Shown here piece after piece: positions 1 to 8,319 of a stretch of 24,258 nucleotides of DNA. The position numbers were made by a program, and so were the translations under genes. Where the stretch lies: IMG/VR virus record IMGVR_UViG_3300007346_007337, positions 1 to 24,258 of that record; one strand, 5' to 3'. The notes under the pieces were generated by a model. It did not search any database and was not told the origin of the DNA. It saw nothing but the letters and a program-made list of their open reading frames with translations. Each line of letters begins with the position of its first letter. Position 1 is the first letter of the stretch. This DNA comes from a virus (lineage: Duplodnaviria; Caudoviricetes).

Positions 1-36
1 GGCTTCGCCCTCGTCACCGTGGAGGTGCTACCGTGA
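1..36 (+). CDS. 3' end of an upstream gene (partial, ...GFALVTVEVLP*)
   Basis: Frame 1 is open from the window edge to TGA 34-36, which overlaps the GTG of the next ORF (GTGA). GGAGG at 20-24 serves as the next gene's RBS. Confidence 0.45.
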   Translation, partial: GFALVTVEVLP

Positions 37-227
37 CACCCGAAAAACTGAGCCAGCGACTACACCGAGAGGCTCGCGAGCTACAGCAGATCTACCACCA
101 ACTGATCGGAGTCGGAACGCTCCGGGCAGCTCACCGCGTCCTAGTCGTGCGACGAACGATCGGCGACCTCGCGAACCAAGCGCTGAAACTCGAGAGGGAG
201 GAGGCCAGCCGTGAACCGACTGAGTGA
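33..227 (+). CDS. small helical hypothetical phage protein (64 aa)
   Basis: GTG start with GGAGG RBS, GTGA coupling to the upstream ORF, overlaps the next ORF. Confidence 0.65.
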   Translation: MTPEKLSQRLHREARELQQIYHQLIGVGTLRAAHRVLVVRRTIGDLANQALKLEREEASREPTE

Positions 228-399
228 CCGAGTCGCCGACGTACACCGACAGGTGTTAGCGCTGCTAGAGGAGGTCGACGAAACGAAGTTTCTCTTAGAG
301 CACAGGCAGTTGTACTACGCGGCGACCAAGCTCAGGCTGGCCGCGTTTAACATGCGGCACACTGAGACAGAGGAGGCCGACAGTGAACCGACTGAGTGA
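198..399 (+). repeat. direct repeat GAGGAGGCC-N4-GTGAACCGACTGAGTGA (copies at 198-227 and 370-399)
   Basis: Two 30-bp copies are identical outside a 4-nt spacer. Each holds an RBS, the GTG start of the next gene and the stop of the previous gene. Confidence 0.9.
211..399 (+). CDS. small hypothetical phage protein (62 aa, MNRLS...)
   Basis: GAGGAGG RBS, GTG start, helical amphipathic sequence. Confidence 0.7.
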   Translation: MNRLSDRVADVHRQVLALLEEVDETKFLLEHRQLYYAATKLRLAAFNMRHTETEEADSEPTE

Positions 400-490
400 G
401 ACGACAGCAGCGATTTTCCTGATCGCTCTCGCGTTCGTCCTCGTGGCTACGATCGTGCTGTTCACGCTCGTGATCGCGGTGCTGCCATGA
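383..490 (+). CDS. 35-aa single-pass membrane peptide MNRLSETTAAIFLIALAFVLVATIVLFTLVIAVLP (not in the ORF track)
   Basis: Same RBS/GTG cassette as the 211 ORF, about 27 consecutive uncharged hydrophobic residues, and a TGA overlapping the methyltransferase ATG (ATGA 487-490). Confidence 0.7.
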   Translation: MNRLSETTAAIFLIALAFVLVATIVLFTLVIAVLP

Positions 491-1983
491 GGCTACTACT
501 AGGCGACAGCCTGCATGTGCTGCAATCGCTGCCTGCTGAGTCGATCGACTCCGTGGTGACTGATCCACCGTACGGGCTTGCGTTCATGGGTAAACGCTGG
601 GACTACGACGTTCCAAGCGTAGACCTGTGGCGCGAGGTGTTCCGCGTTCTGAAACCGGGCGGGCACCTACTGGCGTTCGCTGGGACTCGAACCCAACACC
701 GGATGTGCGTAAACATCGAGGACGCGGGCTTCGAGATCCGAGACATGATCGCGTGGGTGTACGGATCCGGCTTCCCAAAGTCGCTTGACGTGTCGAAGGC
801 GATCGACCGGCAGCGACACGACCAAGCCCAGGTTTATCGCGTCACCGAGTGGATACGGCGTACGCGTGACGCGGCCAACGTCACCAATCGCGAGATCGAT
901 CTTGCGTTCGGCTTCAATGGCATGGCTGGCCATTGGACCAGTTCGGGCAGTCAGCCGAGTGTCCCAACGATAGAGCAGATCCCGCCACTCCTCCAAATCC
1001 TTGGTGTGACGCTTAGCGACGTGCCCGACGACATCCGCGAATTGATCTACACGCTCAACACCCCCAAAGGGCAACCGGGCAAGGCTTGGCAGGAGCGCGA
1101 GGTGGTGGGGTCAGACACTAAGGCACGCAGCACCGCTGGAAAGTCGGCGTTGCCAATGATGGGAGCCACTACCGTCTATGAAACATGGGACATCACCGCC
1201 CCCGCCACCGAAGCCGCGAAACAGTGGGAGGGCTGGGGCACTGCCCTAAAGCCTGCGCTCGAGCCAATCACCGTGGCACGTAAGCCGCTGATCGGCACTG
1301 TCGCAGCCAACGTTCAGCAGTTCGGCACCGGCGCGATCAACGTGGACGGGTGCCGGGTGGGGTCAGTGTCTGGCCGATGGCCTGCCAACCTGATCCACGA
1401 CGGCAGCGACGAGGTGGTGCGGATGTTCCCTGCGGCGGAGAAGGGGCGAGCTAGAATGAAGGGGACTATGGGTCGATCTCCGTTCTCGGAGATCGAAGGC
1501 AGCGGGCGCAACGAATCAAGCAACAGCCTGAGAGGTCATAACGACAACGGCGGCAGCGCGGCCCGGTTCTTCTACTGCGCCAAGGCCTCCCAGGCCGAGC
1601 GATCGGCAGGCTTAAAACATCGAGAGCCTGCGACTGTCAGCGACGGACGCACTGCACCCAACGACACCGCCTACCAGCGAGATCAGACACCGCGCCGAAA
1701 CATACACCCGACCGTGAAGCCGATCGCCCTGATGCGCTACCTCGTCCGACTCGTCACCCCACCAGGAAGCACCGTGCTTGACCCGTTTATGGGCAGCGGC
1801 ACCACGGGCATCGCAGCCGCTCTGGAAGGGTTTGACTTCGTCGGCATCGAGCGCGAGCCCGAGTATCTCGAGATCGCACAGGCTCGCATCGCGCACTGGT
1901 CACAGCGGCCAGCCAACCGCCCAGCCAAAAAAGCCCCGGACGTGCTGCCCGGTCAGCTCTCGCTCTTTGGAGGTGGCTCATGA
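487..1983 (+). CDS. DNA adenine-N6/cytosine-N4 methyltransferase, beta class (N6_N4_Mtase), with an internal HTH-like insertion
   Basis: Catalytic DPPY near the N-terminus; HPTVKP and the SAM-binding VLDPFMGSGTTG near the C-terminus; GFPKS and WEGWGTALKPA segments typical of phage orphan MTases. Confidence 0.95.
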   Translation: MRLLLGDSLHVLQSLPAESIDSVVTDPPYGLAFMGKRWDYDVPSVDLWREVFRVLKPGGHLLAFAGTRTQHRMCVNIEDAGFEIRDMIAWVYGSGFPKSLDVSKAIDRQRHDQAQVYRVTEWIRRTRDAANVTNREIDLAFGFNGMAGHWTSSGSQPSVPTIEQIPPLLQILGVTLSDVPDDIRELIYTLNTPKGQPGKAWQEREVVGSDTKARSTAGKSALPMMGATTVYETWDITAPATEAAKQWEGWGTALKPALEPITVARKPLIGTVAANVQQFGTGAINVDGCRVGSVSGRWPANLIHDGSDEVVRMFPAAEKGRARMKGTMGRSPFSEIEGSGRNESSNSLRGHNDNGGSAARFFYCAKASQAERSAGLKHREPATVSDGRTAPNDTAYQRDQTPRRNIHPTVKPIALMRYLVRLVTPPGSTVLDPFMGSGTTGIAAALEGFDFVGIEREPEYLEIAQARIAHWSQRPANRPAKKAPDVLPGQLSLFGGGS

Positions 1984-2249
1984 TCGCCGAGTACCTGTTC
2001 CAGCGTCAGCAATCCGAGGCGTTTCAGCCTGGCGATCGTGTGCGCTCGCGGCGTCCGTTCACTCCGGGTGGCAAGTGTCTGAACGGCGTTGTCCAGGAGA
2101 CGTTCACTCCGAAAGCACCGCGCCGATCTCGCTGCCCCACGATCCCGCGTTACCTCGTGGTGTGGGAGGACCGCACCTTCGGATGGTACGTCCGTTACGA
2201 CCTCGAGCGCAGACCAAGCCCACGTGACCAACACACGTTCCAGTTTTAG
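1980..2249 (+). CDS. hypothetical protein, possible SH3/KOW-like beta-barrel (89 aa)
   Basis: GGAGG RBS, ATGA overlap with the MTase stop, pattern FQPGDRV...GVV...YLVVWED...W....L. Confidence 0.65.
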   Translation: MIAEYLFQRQQSEAFQPGDRVRSRRPFTPGGKCLNGVVQETFTPKAPRRSRCPTIPRYLVVWEDRTFGWYVRYDLERRPSPRDQHTFQF

Positions 2250-2316
2250 CCCAGGCTAAAAAAAACTTGACGCCACATGCTGTGGTGTGCAACGTATACC
2301 CTACCAGCATAGGGTA
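2244..2316 (+). promoter_or_regulatory. candidate late promoter and/or packaging-control region
   Basis: A8 tract (2258-2265) directly before TTGACG (2267-2272, -35-like), three inverted repeats, only a weak -10 match; lies immediately upstream of terS. Confidence 0.45.
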
Positions 2317-2329
2317 CAGGGCACATGAC

Positions 2330-2773
2330 ATGGGACAGCGTGAGTGGCACAGGCAAGACGGCGAGACGGCCAAAGCCTTCGAGGCTTTCTGTGCATACCT
2401 GCACCTGGGCTCTCAGCGCTCGATCGATCTGGCCTATCAGCAGATCCACGACATCGGCAAAAAATCGGCAAGACCTCGGCACTGGCAAGAGTGGAGCCGA
2501 CAACATGACTGGGTGGCCCGAGCTGCCGCCTTCGACGTCTGGATCGCCAGCCAAGCCCAGCAGCAGACAGCCGACCTCACGACGCAGATCGTCACACGAG
2601 CTAAGCGCGCGAGCCTCAAAGCGATTTCTAAGGTTGACGCCAGCCTGGACGACGCCCAGGAAATGGCTGACCTCACGAAAGCCCTCAACTCTCTCACCGC
2701 TGCGATTCAGCGACTACAGCCGCAGGACCAGACGCCAACCGTCTCCCAGATCGTGGTGTCGTTCGATGAGTAG
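2330..2773 (+). CDS. terS: terminase small subunit (147 aa; ATG 2330 preferred over TTG 2267)
   Basis: W.RQ.GETAKAFEAF..Y..LG..RS...WSRQHDWVARAAAFD HTH-type N-terminus, coiled-coil middle, IVVSF beta tail; directly upstream of and overlapping terL. Confidence 0.8.
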   Translation: MGQREWHRQDGETAKAFEAFCAYLHLGSQRSIDLAYQQIHDIGKKSARPRHWQEWSRQHDWVARAAAFDVWIASQAQQQTADLTTQIVTRAKRASLKAISKVDASLDDAQEMADLTKALNSLTAAIQRLQPQDQTPTVSQIVVSFDE

Positions 2774-4097
2774 CGCAGCACCCCAACTCCAACCCAGGCC
2801 CGTGCTCAACTGCACGATCCCCTATAAGCCTCTCCCCCACCAGCGACGCTTCCACGACGACCGCACGCCCTATCGGCTGCTCCGTGGTGGCGTCGGCTCT
2901 GGGAAAACTCTAGCCGGTGCCGCCGAGTCGATCCGGCTCGCCATCGCCAACCCACAATGCGACGGGCTAATCGTCGCTCCTACCTGGGGCATCCTACACC
3001 GCACCACGCTTCGGACGTTTGTCCAACTCCTACCCAAGCCACTCCTCGCACGCCAGGCCAAATCCGAACGCTACCTCCAACTGGTGAACGGCTCTCGAGT
3101 GTACTACGGCAGCGCCGACCGCCCTGACACGCTTGAAGGCGCAAACCTCGCGTGGGCGTGGGGTGACGAGGGCCGCTACTGGTCCCGCGAGGCGTGGCAG
3201 ATTCTCATAGCTCGCGTTCGTGCTCCGTCAGCTCAGCACCGTTCGATCGTCGTTACTTCAACCCCGTCGATGAACTGGCTGTACGACGTGTGGGGTGAGG
3301 CCAAAACTGGCTACGCCGACCACAACGCCAGCACAGCCGACAACCCCTACCTTCCAGCCGAGTACGACGCAGCGCTCAGGCGCTCCTACTCCGAAGCGCT
3401 CTACCGTCAATACGCTGGCGGTGAGTGGGGCATCGGTGAAGGGCAAGTGTTCCCCGAGTTCGACACCGCGATCCACTGTTGCCCTGGCCTGACACCCGGC
3501 ACGAACGCTACTGTGGATCTCGCGATCGACCTCGGTGTGAGGAGGCCCGCTGTCGTCTACCTGCAAGGGTTCAACCGTGACAGCCGCTGTCCGATCCACG
3601 GCGATAACACCGAGTGCATCCACATCGTCGGTGAGTTCCTGCCGAACGACTGCCCCACCTATCAGCTCGCCTGGGAAATCCGATACGACCTACAGCGCCG
3701 GGGTTGGCTTCCTGGTGTCGCGTACATCGACCCAGCCGGGGCAAACCGCGACATACAGACGGGACGTCGAGACGTGGAGGTGCTCGAGGGCGCGGGCTTC
3801 CGTGTCGAGTACAGCCACGATCCAGTCATGCGGAGCGTTGGTGTCGGCACTGAGCACCTCCGGGCGCTTCTCCGTCCTGTGGAGGGCTCGCCGAAACTGT
3901 ACATTGACTCGCACCTGTCGGAGAAATCGGCCAGTCCTCGCGGCATCGTCCGGGCGTTCGCTCGGGCTGAGAAAGACGAGAAGCGCGAGGGCCGCACCTA
4001 CCGGAAAGACGGGGAACTCGATCACGTCCTCGACTGTCTGCGCTACGGCGTCAACCATCTAATCGCCCCAGTGGGCAGAGGGATAGAGGTGTTCTGA
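2766..4097 (+). CDS. terL: terminase large subunit (443 aa; start at ATG 2766, not 2325)
   Basis: PLPHQ adenine-binding motif, Walker A GGVGSGKT, Walker B WAWGDEG, coupling motif VTSTP, nuclease acidic residues AIDLG, YIDPAG and DHVLDCLRY. Confidence 0.95.
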   Translation: MSSAAPQLQPRPVLNCTIPYKPLPHQRRFHDDRTPYRLLRGGVGSGKTLAGAAESIRLAIANPQCDGLIVAPTWGILHRTTLRTFVQLLPKPLLARQAKSERYLQLVNGSRVYYGSADRPDTLEGANLAWAWGDEGRYWSREAWQILIARVRAPSAQHRSIVVTSTPSMNWLYDVWGEAKTGYADHNASTADNPYLPAEYDAALRRSYSEALYRQYAGGEWGIGEGQVFPEFDTAIHCCPGLTPGTNATVDLAIDLGVRRPAVVYLQGFNRDSRCPIHGDNTECIHIVGEFLPNDCPTYQLAWEIRYDLQRRGWLPGVAYIDPAGANRDIQTGRRDVEVLEGAGFRVEYSHDPVMRSVGVGTEHLRALLRPVEGSPKLYIDSHLSEKSASPRGIVRAFARAEKDEKREGRTYRKDGELDHVLDCLRYGVNHLIAPVGRGIEVF

Positions 4098-5410
4098 TGC
4101 CACTGGATCTTGACTATCTACGGAAGGAATGGGGCTACAGCAGGAAGCGCCGGACCAAGTGCCTCGCTAGGCGTGAGGTGTACCAGCACGACTGGTACGA
4201 GCAGCTTCGTGATGAGGTGCTCAAGCAGTTCCTGCCGCAGAACGCCGACAAGCTGCTGAGCCGTGCCGATACCAGCATGAACATTCTCCGCTGGGCGACA
4301 GACACGATCGCAGCAATCTACAGTCGCCCAGTCCACCGGATGATCGGCGACACACTCCTGGCTCCAATGGCCGAGGTTGATCTTGCTCTCGACCTCGCGT
4401 GCAAACTGACGTTCTACCAGGGCGAGGCGCTCGTACGGCCGTTCTGGGCTGGCGACCGCCTCCTCCTGGACGTGGTGCCGGCTGACAGATTCCTGGCAGT
4501 GCCCGACCAACTCGACAGGCTGAAACTGAAGGCTGTCGTGATCAGCGACACCAACAGCCGGGGTGACGTAATCGGGTTCACAGTGTGGACGCGGGACGAG
4601 CACTACGAGCTCAACCGCGACTGGACGATCCGCACACCGAACGAGGAGCGGGCCAACCCTTACGGTGTGATCCCCTACGTCTGCTCGCACGCTCAGTATC
4701 CCAGCGCTACGTTCTGGCACTGGCACGAGGCTGAGGGGCTCCACCAGGCCACGCTACAGCTCGGCGTCGCCATGACGGACTGGCACCACCTCAGACACCT
4801 ACAGTCGTTTAAACAGCTCGCCATCCGCACCGAGGGCTCTGACCGCTCGAAGACGGCGAAGCTAGCAAGCGATCCGAGCTCCACGCTTTTGCTGTCAGGG
4901 CCGACGGCGTCAGCCCAGGTTCTCGACATGCAAGCGAACCTCACCGCCTACCTGGACGCCCTTCTCACCAAGGTCGAGTCGATCCTCCAACTGTACGGGA
5001 TCAAACCGGAAGTGGCACGCGGCACCGAGCAAGCCCAGAGTGGCTACGCCCTCAAGCTGAAACTCTACGGGCTCCAGGAACAGTGGGAGCAGCAGCGCCA
5101 GCTATGGCGACTGTGGGAGCGTGAGATGTGGCGCGTCGCTGCCGTGACTGTGCCACTCGAAGGTGGCCCGGCTATGCCCGATGGCTCACTCCAAATCACC
5201 TACCCCGAGCTAGGACCCGGACGCGATCCAGCGGAGCTGTCCAACCTCGCAACCCAGCAGTACAGCGCCGGCATTGTCAGCCGCTCCGAAGCGCTTCGGA
5301 TGACGGACCGCAGCGAGCAGCAGATTGAGCAGATTGAGCTCGAGATCCTCGAGGAGTCGGCAGCACAGCCCTCCTTTGAGATCCCGCTCGACTTGGAGGA
5401 GGGCGTATGA
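4097..5410 (+). CDS. portal protein (SPP1 gp6-like, 437 aa)
   Basis: Follows terL; size; NPYGVIPYV and QSGYALKLK motifs; C-terminal GIVSRSEAL...EIE pattern. Confidence 0.88.
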   Translation: MPLDLDYLRKEWGYSRKRRTKCLARREVYQHDWYEQLRDEVLKQFLPQNADKLLSRADTSMNILRWATDTIAAIYSRPVHRMIGDTLLAPMAEVDLALDLACKLTFYQGEALVRPFWAGDRLLLDVVPADRFLAVPDQLDRLKLKAVVISDTNSRGDVIGFTVWTRDEHYELNRDWTIRTPNEERANPYGVIPYVCSHAQYPSATFWHWHEAEGLHQATLQLGVAMTDWHHLRHLQSFKQLAIRTEGSDRSKTAKLASDPSSTLLLSGPTASAQVLDMQANLTAYLDALLTKVESILQLYGIKPEVARGTEQAQSGYALKLKLYGLQEQWEQQRQLWRLWEREMWRVAAVTVPLEGGPAMPDGSLQITYPELGPGRDPAELSNLATQQYSAGIVSRSEALRMTDRSEQQIEQIELEILEESAAQPSFEIPLDLEEGV

Positions 5411-6144
5411 TTAGTCCAGGCGTCCTCGACAGGATTCTAACCACCGGCGCGTTCGCCCTATCTGGACGGCGCGTCTCGGCAGTGCTCGATGCCCTCCTCA
5501 GTGGAGCGTCTCTTGTGGAGGCGTTCCGTGCTGGCGGTATCTACACAGCCGCCACCCGCACGCTAAAACGTGCCGCCGATCAGACGCTGTCCGCGTTCGG
5601 CTCAGCCTACCAGATCGACGCTGCCCTGACTGGCCCGATCAGTCGACGGGCTGTGCTCGTGGGCCAGTCGTTCGCCCAGCGGTCACTGGCTCACCTCGCT
5701 GGCCTAGCAGAGCCAAACCTACGCACAGGACTCAGGCTGTACCAGACAGGCCAAATCTCGAAGCAGGCGCTCACAGCGCTGCTTCCTGTGCCCCAAATCA
5801 ACACGCTCGTCAACACCGGGCTAGCTGGCATACAGCGCCAGGTGTCGAAGCAAGCCGCGCAGCTCGTCACCGAGTCAGGCGCAATCCTCTACTTGTACGC
5901 AGGGCCAGACGACGCAGCCGCGAGGCCCTACTGTGCCGCACTGGCCGGGCTCGTGGTGGAAGAGTCAGCGCTCGCCAACACACCGAACGCCCAGGGGCTT
6001 AACCCTACTGTCTACTGTGGCGGCTACAACTGTCGCCACAGCCTGATCCCCGTAAACGAGTCGATCGTGCGTGAGCAGGGGCTCACCCTGGCCACCGCCA
6101 GCGACTACAACGATGCCGCCTGGGGCGCAGCGAGGAGGGGCTAA
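5407..6144 (+). CDS. minor head / head morphogenesis protein (Mu gpF / SPP1 gp7-like)
   Basis: Follows portal; C-terminal YLY.GP.D...RPYC...GGYNCRH motif. Confidence 0.8.
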   Translation: MISPGVLDRILTTGAFALSGRRVSAVLDALLSGASLVEAFRAGGIYTAATRTLKRAADQTLSAFGSAYQIDAALTGPISRRAVLVGQSFAQRSLAHLAGLAEPNLRTGLRLYQTGQISKQALTALLPVPQINTLVNTGLAGIQRQVSKQAAQLVTESGAILYLYAGPDDAAARPYCAALAGLVVEESALANTPNAQGLNPTVYCGGYNCRHSLIPVNESIVREQGLTLATASDYNDAAWGAARRG

Positions 6145-6578
6145 TGGCACTCAGCAGCAAACTCAAGCAGATCGTCGACAGTCGCCTCAGCGTCGTCGCG
6201 CTCGAGGTAGGGCAGGCGATCGGGCAGGCCCAGATCGTAAACCTGCGACAGCGAGTGGCCCAGGGGCTCGGCGTCTACGACCAGAAGATGCCACCCTACA
6301 GCCCTAGCTACCGAATCGAGCGGGCAGCGACAGGTCGACAGGTCGACAACCGCGACCTCACCTACTCAGGCAGGATGCTGGGCTCACTTACCCAAGAGCT
6401 GAACGCCAGCGAGACTGGTGTCACTGTCGTGATCCGATTTGCTGACGTAGCCAGCCAGAGGAAAGCCCGCCAGAACCAGCGGATCTCGCCCTGGTTCGGC
6501 GTCTCACCCCGCGACCTGCGAACGCTCCGAGCGGTGCAGGCAGACGCACTCACCCGAGCCCTAAAGAGGAGAACCTGA
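6144..6578 (+). CDS. virion morphogenesis / tail-completion-like protein (Mu gpG / P2 gpS-like)
   Basis: Basic 144-aa protein with PYSPSY, DLTYSGRMLGSL and PWFGVS motifs. Confidence 0.65.
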   Translation: MALSSKLKQIVDSRLSVVALEVGQAIGQAQIVNLRQRVAQGLGVYDQKMPPYSPSYRIERAATGRQVDNRDLTYSGRMLGSLTQELNASETGVTVVIRFADVASQRKARQNQRISPWFGVSPRDLRTLRAVQADALTRALKRRT

Positions 6579-7126
6579 TGGAAACGTCCCCAGCCATCGA
6601 GGCACCCGCAGCACCCGAAGCTACCGAAGCACCCGCAGTCGAGGCCACACCGATTGAGCAGGCTATCGAGCAGGCCACAAAGGCCCAGCAGCCCGAAGCT
6701 ACCGAAGCCACCGAGGCAACACCCGAGGACCTGGACGCCCGGATCACAGCAGCAGTCGCAGCAGCACTGGAACGACTCCAACCGGCGCAACCCGAGCCCG
6801 CACCCGTTGAAACAGCCGAGCCCGCGAGCGAGCCACACCCAGCCGAGGAAGCGCTGAAGGCCCGAATCACTGCCGATCTCGACACGCTAGGCGACGACGA
6901 TCGCGCACTGGTCGAGGCGCTGGCAGGCGACGACATGATCGCCCAGGCGAAAATTTACACGGCGCTCATGAAGGCCGGCAAGATCTCACCCAAGGCCGAC
7001 GAGGCCAAAGCACCGGCACCACCGGTGAAACGAACTGACATGAACTCACCCGGCACGACACAGCCGACCGACTGGAAGAGCGCGGAAGCCGCGTTCGCTC
7101 GGGCGGTGCGTGGCGTGCGTTTCTAA
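6578..7126 (+). CDS. capsid scaffolding protein (182 aa)
   Basis: Acidic Ala/Glu/Pro-rich sequence with PEATEA repeats and a short C-terminal helix; immediately upstream of the major capsid gene. Confidence 0.75.
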   Translation: METSPAIEAPAAPEATEAPAVEATPIEQAIEQATKAQQPEATEATEATPEDLDARITAAVAAALERLQPAQPEPAPVETAEPASEPHPAEEALKARITADLDTLGDDDRALVEALAGDDMIAQAKIYTALMKAGKISPKADEAKAPAPPVKRTDMNSPGTTQPTDWKSAEAAFARAVRGVRF

Positions 7127-7128
7127 CT

Positions 7129-7159
7129 GTCCTGACAGCAGGACGCAAACTACAGGAGT
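7129..7159 (+). promoter_or_regulatory. hairpin GTCCTG-acag-CAGGAC followed by the capsid gene RBS (CTACAGGAGT)
   Basis: 6-bp perfect stem at 7129-7144; CTACAGGAGT at 7150-7159 recurs at 8303-8312. Confidence 0.5.
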
Positions 7160-7165
7160 GGCCAG

Positions 7166-8212
7166 ATGGCAACTACGACATTCACTGACTTGAGCGCGAT
7201 CCTGCTGGACAAGTACGGCGCTGTGATTGCGAAGGCGTTCACCGAGTACGGTCCAGGCAACCAGCTCATTCCCGAGAACTCGATCATGGGCAGGCTCGCA
7301 GCCAAAGGCCGCGTCGTGATCGGCAGCAACGACATCAGCGACCGCTACGCGAAAGAATGGGGTGTTCACACCACCGCGTTCACCGCGTCCAGCTACGGCG
7401 GATCTGACTCTTACCCCAGCAGCGTGGCTCCCTCGTTCGCTACCGCGTCGCTTCCCTGGAAGCGCTACGGTATCAGCATGGAGTTCGATAACCTTGTGCG
7501 CGTCGCCCGTGCAGCAGCTCGCGGCAACGTCAACGCCCTCAACTTCGAGTTCCAAGCCAAGCTGAAGGCCCTGATCAGCCAGATCGAAAAGGACCTCAGC
7601 GGCGACGGCACCGCGAACAGCAGCAAGGTGATCACTGGCGTGAAAGCCTTCATGTCGACCTCGAACACCTACGCAGGCATCAACCAGTCGACCTCCTCCT
7701 ACTGGCAGGCTCGGATCGACGACGCGAGCAGCGCAAGCCTGGCGTCCTCCAACCTCGAGACGATCGCGAAATTGCTTTACGACAACAACGGCATTGGGCC
7801 TAACTCCGAGATCTGGATGTCCTCTACCCAGTGGCCCAAGTTCACCGCGCTCTACTCCTCCAACATTCGCTACACCCCCGGTGGCATGGGCGGAACCAGC
7901 GTCGAGCCTCGCTACGTCGACGGCCTGGTGGACCTGCCGATCTACATCATCCCCTCGCTCAGTCAGTCGGCTACCACCGACGAGATATGGTTTTGCAATC
8001 TGGACGATCTCAGCCTCCACTTCCTCGATCACACTCCCCAGGACACCATGCCCGTCGACCCCGACCAGGAAGTGCTTCACGAGGGCGTTCCCGTTGGCAT
8101 CGAGCAGGTGGAGACCGGGAAGGACAGCAAGGCTCTCTTCCTGAAATCCTACTGTCAGCTCGTCTGTGCCAACCCCCGTAACTTCGGCGCGATCATCAAC
8201 CTCGCGACCTGA
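7166..8212 (+). CDS. major capsid protein (HK97 fold, 348 aa)
   Basis: Follows the scaffold; strong RBS; IEKDLSGDGT....ITGVK long-helix/GDG motif; C-terminal QLVCANPRNFGAIINL; double stop TGATAA. Confidence 0.9.
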   Translation: MATTTFTDLSAILLDKYGAVIAKAFTEYGPGNQLIPENSIMGRLAAKGRVVIGSNDISDRYAKEWGVHTTAFTASSYGGSDSYPSSVAPSFATASLPWKRYGISMEFDNLVRVARAAARGNVNALNFEFQAKLKALISQIEKDLSGDGTANSSKVITGVKAFMSTSNTYAGINQSTSSYWQARIDDASSASLASSNLETIAKLLYDNNGIGPNSEIWMSSTQWPKFTALYSSNIRYTPGGMGGTSVEPRYVDGLVDLPIYIIPSLSQSATTDEIWFCNLDDLSLHFLDHTPQDTMPVDPDQEVLHEGVPVGIEQVETGKDSKALFLKSYCQLVCANPRNFGAIINLAT

Positions 8213-8227
8213 TAACACACCCAACAC

Positions 8228-8294
8228 GATCACGCGAGTCGCTCTGTGACACTGTCACTCTGCGGACTGTCACTCTCCTCAGGGACGCGTGATC
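8228..8294 (+). promoter_or_regulatory. structured intergenic element between the capsid and decoration genes
   Basis: 9-bp closing inverted repeat GATCACGCG/CGCGTGATC enclosing a GTGAC-act-GTCAC hairpin and an 11-bp direct repeat ACTGTCACTCT. Confidence 0.55.
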
Positions 8295-8319
8295 CTTTAT
8301 CTCTACAGGAGTACTGATC

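Noticed and set aside
487-2249. Complete restriction-modification system
   Set aside because: No nuclease-like ORF next to the MTase; orphan MTases are common in phages
2325-2765. 147-codon N-terminal extension of terL in the ORF track (590 aa)
   Set aside because: It overlaps terS in another frame and is Ser/Arg/Pro-rich shadow sequence; the terminase motifs start only after ATG 2766
6614-6708. 17-bp repeat CCCGAAGCTACCGAAGC in the scaffold gene
   Set aside because: Explained by the PEATEA low-complexity protein repeat; not a CRISPR array or regulatory repeat
7046-8233. 395-aa minus-strand ORF opposite the capsid gene
   Set aside because: Antisense shadow expected from GC-rich codon bias; no recognisable motif
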